Shown piece by piece: positions 14,001-64,000 of a stretch of DNA of 64,000 nucleotides. Both the position numbers and the translations under genes were made by a program. Within the stretch, counting starts at the first letter, position 1, and every line of letters begins with the position of its first letter. The DNA is from Bugula neritina (lineage: Eukaryota; Animalia; Bryozoa): the NCBI GenBank assembly GCA_964035545.1, contig OZ037768.1, positions 16,413,875 to 16,477,874 of the forward strand, in the 5' to 3' direction. A model generated the notes under the pieces. The model did no database searches. It was not told the DNA's origin and worked only from the letters and a program-made list of their open reading frames with translations.

Positions 14001-15350
14001 AATTACTAATAGTAATAGTAATACTAATACTAATAGTAATAATAAGAATAATCATAAACCTAATGGCTAATACTACTACTAATAGTAACTCACTAACTGT
14101 AATAGTAACACTAATGTAATAATAATATCATCATGCTCATAGTCATAGTCATAGTGAATCATTGAATGCGATACTAAATTTAATAATCGTAATCAGAATG
14201 ATAATCATAATGTCTAGCTCCAAAAGTAAAAGTAAGAGTAAGTATAATCACTAATCAGTAATCACTAATCATAATGTCATACTCATACTCATAGTGATAG
14301 TAATTTGATAGTGATGATGATACTATTACTATGTCCTTGTTTGTAGTACTATTAGTAGCAGTACTAATAGTAATAATAATGGTAATGATGAGCCCACTCA
14401 TCATGACTTTTGTATCTGATTCACTTTCAGACTTCACTTTTCAGTAATTAAGTTTAACTCACTAATTCTTGTTATGGTTACCAAATTGAAATTGATAATT
14501 GTCATTATAATTATGATTCTGTTTAATTATATTATATTATATTATATTATAATTATTGAAGTACAATAACAATGATTAATGAGTATCACAACAATATGGG
14601 TATGGCAATGAACATGCCGATCACAATAGTCAACAACTACAAATATAAGTATAACGTAAGCTGATGGTGATACAATGACTTGAACTATAATATAGTTATA
14701 CTTATAGTTTAAATATAAGATTAATCCAATAACTATAAGTATAAGAATTTGCATTAATTTGAATTATTTCCAGAAAGTGATTCAAAATTGTCAAGCATTG
14801 TTAATTGGTTGAGCATATCAATAATTTTAGCTAGTTTACTTGAGCAATAGAATTTTAAGCAATGGAGTAAGTAATTGATTCACCATAACTCAGACCCAGT
14901 TTTTATTTTAATATTGTTATTAGCATTAATGCTGTAAATTAGTAATTTGAAAATAACATTTAATTTTGATTGTACCAAAGTCAGCTCTATGTTTTATTTC
15001 AAAATAGGCGTGTTTATTTTAGTCTGGTATTTATATAATTAATTTTTACTCTCCACAATGATAATTTTAAATTTCTAGTCTAGGTTCACACTATCAATGA
15101 CAATTATAGCATTAGTTACAAAATCATATTTATTTTAAAGCCAACTGATCAAGGTATCAATTGTCCAATGAATAATGACAACATTTGTTAAAACTTTTAT
15201 CAGCTTGCAATCTGAATATTGTGAAGAGTGAGATTCAAAAAGAGTAGTTTTAAATGTCGATTGTTACAGGGTAAAAATTGAAGTCTCGGACTTCGTCATC
15301 GTTATGAGATTACAGACTCTGCTGAATGTTGGTGGTATAACCTTTAAACT

Positions 15351-25101
<9,751 letters not shown>

Positions 25102-25181
25102 ACTGTGTAGTGTCTCTGTGTATAAGCCTGCCTATGGTTTTGTAGATATCGTATATATTACATTATTCCTCATTATAGTCT

Positions 25182-25187
25182 AATAAA
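25182..25187 (+). promoter_or_regulatory. Candidate polyadenylation signal of KAT2 (AATAAA; second copy at 25241)
   Basis: AATAAA ~80 nt after the stop codon. AT-rich background makes this weak. Confidence 0.4.
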
Positions 25188-26639
25188 TACCATTTTTTGT
25201 GGGGAAGGGGTTTCTCATAATATTTGAATTTTAATGTTGCAATAAAATATTGTAATTATATTAAATTTTGAAAATAAACTACAAAAATAATATTAATCTA
25301 AACTGTGTTATATAAATAAAAAATATATGTCATCATGGTGTATTATAACCAATGGTGGGTGGCTAAGCATAAAAAGCTATCGATAATCTTGTATAATAAT
25401 TTCTTTCCGCTGTTATCTTGAATAGAAAAACTTCTAATCTTATGACAAAGCTGTAGTAGTGGCCCTGCAAGAGAAAAAAACTTGTGCAAGTAAAATGTAT
25501 TCCCTGTTGTAAAAGGAGACAACCATCTCTACTCTCAAAAAAGACCATAAAATGTTACAAGCATATTCAATGGTCCAAAAATATTTTTTCTCCTTGAATG
25601 TAATAAATTATTAGATATAGTTTTTGTCTACCATGGAAATATAATTCACTTACTGTAATGTTTCCTGACTTTGTCTAGCATTTAGTGATTCTCCAGAGAC
25701 TGAAAGTACAGTATAACTATTAATTTCCTCTTTGTAGAAAGAACCAGATAAACTATGGTCCAAGTTAATTTATAAGTTACACATTGTTGGCTAATCAGTA
25801 AGCAGCAGGCAACAAAAATATGGAAATGAATAAAACACCCCATAAATGCACTTCTTGATAACAAAAAGGCACAGGTATCACAAATCTCTCACGAAAGCTA
25901 TGCGTAGTAATAAATAACTGTTTTCAGGTGATTTAAGATATAAATGTAAAAACAGGCACATTATTAAAATATAGACAACTTACTGTGAGAAGTCGCTACA
26001 CCAAATACTTTTTCAATTACTGTTTCCACTCTGCTGTCAGTTATGATTGTACTTCTACAAAGTATTTCGAGGACATTTAAGGGTAGTGGTTGAAATAATG
26101 TTGGGACTCAATAAAACAGAGCTTAACTAGCCAACCAAATTTGAAAACAGCTCTTGAAACAGAAGGTTGAAATGAATACCTGCCACAACTGGGTAGTAGT
26201 TAACATAAACATAATCCTACGTGACAATCCTGATCTACCTACCAACTAGATAAGTACAAACTATTGTTTTTTAAGTTTGACTTGCTCACACAAATCAAAC
26301 TGCGCCTGCCTAAATATTGAGATCAACTACTGGCTCATTGCTTGTGTTATTTGAAAAATACTCTCGGTTGAAGCACAATGTTGTTACTGTATTCATAGTT
26401 TGGCTTTTTCGGCAATACTGATCATGGCTTTACTTGAAACAAAACTGAACCTAGTTCATCTAATTTTTATATTCCCGAGTCAGCAAATCTGATTATACCA
26501 TTCTACACCTGTAGCTCATGACTCTTCAAAATTGCCAATATTTATCATTGAAAACTTATTTGACCAAAGTAATACCTACTAATACATTACAATATTTGGT
26601 ACCGGTAAGAGTACATTTTAAACACCATACATAAAGCTT

Positions 26640-27296
26640 TTAAGGCTTATAGTACCGATTTTGACTATCAGCTTGATTTGACTCCTTTTTTATTGAGCCA
26701 AACTTTGATTTTTCAGAAGAATGCATGACAGCTGAATCCATCCCTACAACGGCTGCTGTTAAAAGAAGGCGTATACTTTTGTAAGTGGGCATAGTATCTC
26801 GAGACCTGGAATTGCCCATTATAGGTATGGCAAACTTGCAATAGATGTAAAAGGCTCCCACCACGAAAATCATTACTGCAAATAATAAATTAACTTTAGT
26901 AGACCTGCTAAATTATTTTAGTATAATATCAAAGATGTTTAATTTAATGGACAACAACTACAAGAAAATATATTATAAAATGATGTAAACTTTATTTGTC
27001 TAAATATGTAAATTTTTGAAGTCTTGTTTAATAAAAACCTATAGTTTGTTAATGGAATAAGTATACCATTAACATTTGATTTGATTATAGCCTAGTTCTC
27101 AAAAGCTATGTGTTATGTGCACCTCCACGTCTTTTAAGTATGTTTTAGTAGAAACATATATGTATAATACTAGTACGCTACCCAGTGTTGTAAAGCTTGT
27201 GACTACCACCACAAATCCGGGTCCATTAAGAAAAGTATGCTGTCGCGGAGTTGAAATATGAGGAAAAGCTGTTGTAGTATTAATACCCAAAGTCAT
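26640..27296 (-). CDS. Candidate two-exon small single-pass membrane protein (116 aa)
   Basis: Exon 27296-27182 (donor G|GTAGC) joined to exon 26875-26640 (acceptor TTATTTGCAG) fuses two ORFs in frame. The join builds one hydrophobic helix FVVVVTSFTTLVMIFVVGAFYIYC followed by K, with an N-terminal NTT sequon. No homology recognised. Confidence 0.35.
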
Positions 27297-27845
27297 GATT
27301 TATAGATTCAAAGTCGATCATCAAAAGTTGGCTTAAAAACAAAGATTTATGTAGACTCTGTGTAAAGCTTTCTGCCTAACAATAAAGTAAACTTTCCCAC
27401 AATTTAAATCTGCAATATAACTTTTCTTTGTTATTGCTGCGTATTAATAATTATAAAGATATTGTTATTTTATACGCATGTATGCATCACCAATTGTCAT
27501 ACTTTCAGTTATAAAAACATAAAACCATTTGGGTATTTTCACAACATTTGAATATATTATATTTTTTTTCCAGCAGACTTAAAAACCAAGCCATATGTCA
27601 TAAAGTTTTGTGGATATTAATAATTACAATATGAATATTATTAAAAACAGTTATCTTATCAACCTAAAAAGATTCGCATAGTACTAATTATTTTAAACAT
27701 TTCTTATCATTTTTAACCACAACAATAATAACATTTTTGTGAAAATAGCAATAAGTTCAAGTTTCATTAGCTTATTGCAGTATAGTAAAAAGTGGTGTTT
27801 AAATTTTGGCATAGCAGTTCACACACAGCGCTTGTAGGTTGATAT

Positions 27846-49089
<21,244 letters not shown>

Positions 49090-49943
49090 TACATCAGTTT
49101 CCGTCAATACCAGAACAAGAGAAAAGTGTGGTGAAGGTTGTGTGGTGAAGAGAAGCTAATGTCTGCCACATAAACACAACTCGTCCAGCAAACTGAGCTG
49201 CTAACAAATCTACAACCACAAAATATCAATACTGCATTAAAAATTCATTCTTCAGAACAAATAAGGATGACGTAAAATTCAATAAATTCATACAATTGTT
49301 TTAAACACTGTGTTATTGATCAGCTAAGTAACAATCAATATAAGCATCCTTTCAAAAGAACTTGCTGATAATTGTATAATAAAAGCCACATTAATATCGC
49401 CATTTTACATTTTATACCTACTGCATTCTCGGCGTGATATAGCGTGATTATATTACAAGCTTTCTTCAGCTCTTTTTGATACCAATTAATATCCAAGTGT
49501 ATAGATATGTAAGCAGTTGTGTATTAATAAATATGTGTGTGACTGCAGCTAAGGAAGAGCCGCACAAGCTAGAAAAAAGTGGCCATTTTGTGTGAATTTC
49601 ATTCGGTGATCGATTAGTGAAGAAAATGCCTACAGATGCAATCTAATTTGCAAATTATTATTTAACTAGCCCATATTCTTTGCTTCATGGTTCCGCTTTA
49701 CTTTTTAATGGTTTTGATTTTTCCCTTCCCCAGGATTTGTATAATTAGGTAGATTCTCTCTACAGGTACTGCAAAAGCAGCAGGCGTAGCTATGAAAACA
49801 ATATTCCTGTTGCCAATAGTAAATTTAGTTAAACACAAATATCATTGGCTAGTAATGTTCGGATTCTGCTGGCAATGCACTGTGCCTCTCAGATAGCTCT
49901 CGCAGTGGAGCTTTCCCTCATGCATAAATCTGTGTGCCACTTA

Positions 49944-50309
49944 AGGCCGGGCCACACTCATGAGAATCACACGAAATCGTCTATTTGTCATGAAAATACA
50001 ATCGTATGAGAAAATTTGAGGGAATTCAAACAAAATCGTCTTCGTTGGGTGTACACAATGAAGATAATGGACAAAAAGTCACAATCAATGCTAAGCACCA
50101 TGTGATTGGTCAATAGAATTTTGCCAACAGTGATTATTTCATTTCTACCACGTTTCTCTGTTTGGCTATTTTTTGCTGTTTGTATCTTGTGCAAGACTCA
50201 TTCATGGACTATTTATTATGTGTTTCGTTCGATGAGTGTGTGGCTGGTCATACTCATGAAAATCGTTACACGAGTTTCGTGTGATTCTCACGGGCGTGAG
50301 GCAAAGCCT
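49944..50309. mobile_element. PIF/Harbinger-type MITE (366 bp) between gene B 3' end and gene A start
   Basis: Termini AGGC...GCCT, TTA target-site duplication on both sides (49941-43, 50310-12), and ~30-bp imperfect TIRs with a perfect 16-bp core TGAGAATCACACGAAA. Confidence 0.8.
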
Positions 50310-51163
50310 TTATGCATTACCTGCGTCTAGTTTTGATGCCGCGGCCTAAATTTGTTCTTTACATTAATACTGCATACTATAAATAAAAAGCATATAGACA
50401 TGGTGCACTTTTTTGGCTCATTGCAGCTGTAAGTAGCATGATTAGCAATCCAAACCTCCATTGAGATATTTGCATTGCAATAAAAATTTTGGTTTAAAAT
50501 AGCAGTTTAATAATACAAAGTTTTACAAAATGTTTTAGCAGTCCAGCTGTAAACAATTTTTCAACAATTGGCTTTGTATCTTTCTCAAAAGAAATGTTGA
50601 AATGACATGTCTATGGCAAAAATCCAGTGGCCAGAAAAATGAAAAAACATTGAATATTTTTTTTGCAGCAATTCTTGATATAACAATTCTGAGTAAAGTT
50701 GCTATGCTACACTACATAGAAAATAGGGAAAATATATGTTTGCCATGTTAGTTTATAGATTAATCATGAAATAATATGAATAGAGTTAAAGAGAATAACA
50801 CTTATTTAGCATATATGCAAAGGTACATTTATTTATTGATTAAAATTATCATGTTAACAATTTTATAAAAATATATATAATTTATAAGTTTATAAATTTA
50901 AAAAAATTTATCGTCTGAACTTGACAGAAATTTGAATTTAACAAAGCAACAAAAGAGTTATAAAAATTTCCAAATCTTTAAATTTCAATTGTTAAAACTT
51001 TAAACAAAAACATTACATCACACAAAATTATTAATATCAGAATCATTTCGTCAGTGTGTGAACTAAAAATGGGATTTTGAAAGATCAAAGTGAACTACAC
51101 ATTATATTAAAAAGCTGACAAATAGTTATTTACATGAAAAAGAGGCTTCTGTGACTAAGGATG

Positions 51164-63208
<12,045 letters not shown>

Positions 63209-63371
63209 CTACACAAAAGAGATCGCACTGTTTACCCGCTACATGCCTACGAAAATCTGAATAATGAATCCCTCCAATCAAAGGGGTATGGTACTTATTC
63301 ACATGTACTTGGTAAATCTTTACCAAAACAATCCAATGATGTCTTATTAAGCTAGATGAGTCAGAGCATTT

Positions 63372-64000
63372 CTGTACCAATGAGACTTACTGTAGCAATG
63401 AGACTTACTGTAGCAATGAGACTTACTGTAACAATGAGACTTACTGTAACAATGAGACTTACTGTAGCAATGAGACTTACTGTAGCAATGAGACTTACTG
63501 TAGCAATGAGACTTACTGTGGCAATGAGACTTGCTGTAGCAATGAGACTTACTGTAGCAATGAGACTTACTGTACCAATGAGACTTACTGTAGCAATGAG
63601 ACTTACTGTAGCAATGAGACTTACTGTAGCAATGAGACTTACTGTGGCAATGAGACTTACTGTAGCAATGAGACTTGCTGTAGCAATGAGACTTACTGTA
63701 GCAATGAGACTTACTGTACCAATGAGACTTACTGTAGCAATGAGACTTACTGTAGCAATGAGATTTACTGTAGCAATGAGACTTACTGTGGCAATGAGAC
63801 TTACTGTAGCAATGAGACTTGCTGTAGCAATGAGACTTACTGTAGCAATGAGACTTACTGTAGCAATGAGACTTACTGTACCAATGAGACTTACTGTAGC
63901 AATGAGACTTACTGTAGCAATGAGACTTACTGTAGCAATGAGACTTACTGTGGCAATGAGACTTACTGTAGCAATGAGACTTGCTGTAGCAATGAGACTT
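63372..64000. repeat. 18-bp minisatellite (CTGTAGCAATGAGACTTA) x~35 with higher-order variant pattern, running off the window
   Basis: Read directly. No spacers, so not a CRISPR array. Confidence 0.97.

Noticed and set aside
63372-64000. CRISPR array
   Set aside because: Contiguous 18-bp units without unique spacers, in a eukaryotic intron with no cas genes.

Overview
AT-rich eukaryotic (animal, probably marine invertebrate/lophotrochozoan-like) genomic DNA with GT-AG introns; most ORF-track entries are exon fragments or repeat artefacts. Two complete + strand genes splice in frame: EEPD1 (6 coding exons, 3986-11001, 581 aa) and KAT2A/B GCN5/PCAF histone acetyltransferase (16 coding exons, 15351-25101, 783 aa). 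On the - strand are two tandem, highly diverged paralogues of a very large secreted protein. Gene A (49089-27846, ~37 exons, ~1,900 aa) has a signal peptide, a furin-site propeptide, ~7-8 repeated beta-rich modules, one F5/8 type C discoidin domain and an Asp-box tail. Gene B runs in from beyond the right window edge and ends at 51164, with 22 matching exons visible. The most striking non-coding signal is five type-I hammerhead ribozyme motifs from two sequence families, all in introns of the two paralogues and all beside (TA)n microsatellites. They show compensatory base changes between copies. One ~250-275 bp element sits in the same paralogous intron of both genes in opposite orientation, and one pair forms a perfect 97-bp inverted repeat. 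This pattern fits non-autonomous Penelope-like/retrozyme retroelements that target (TA)n. Also present: a decayed CR1/L2-like LINE, two tRNA-SINE-like copies, two MITEs, a candidate unannotated two-exon membrane protein gene, and many minisatellites seeded at splice junctions.
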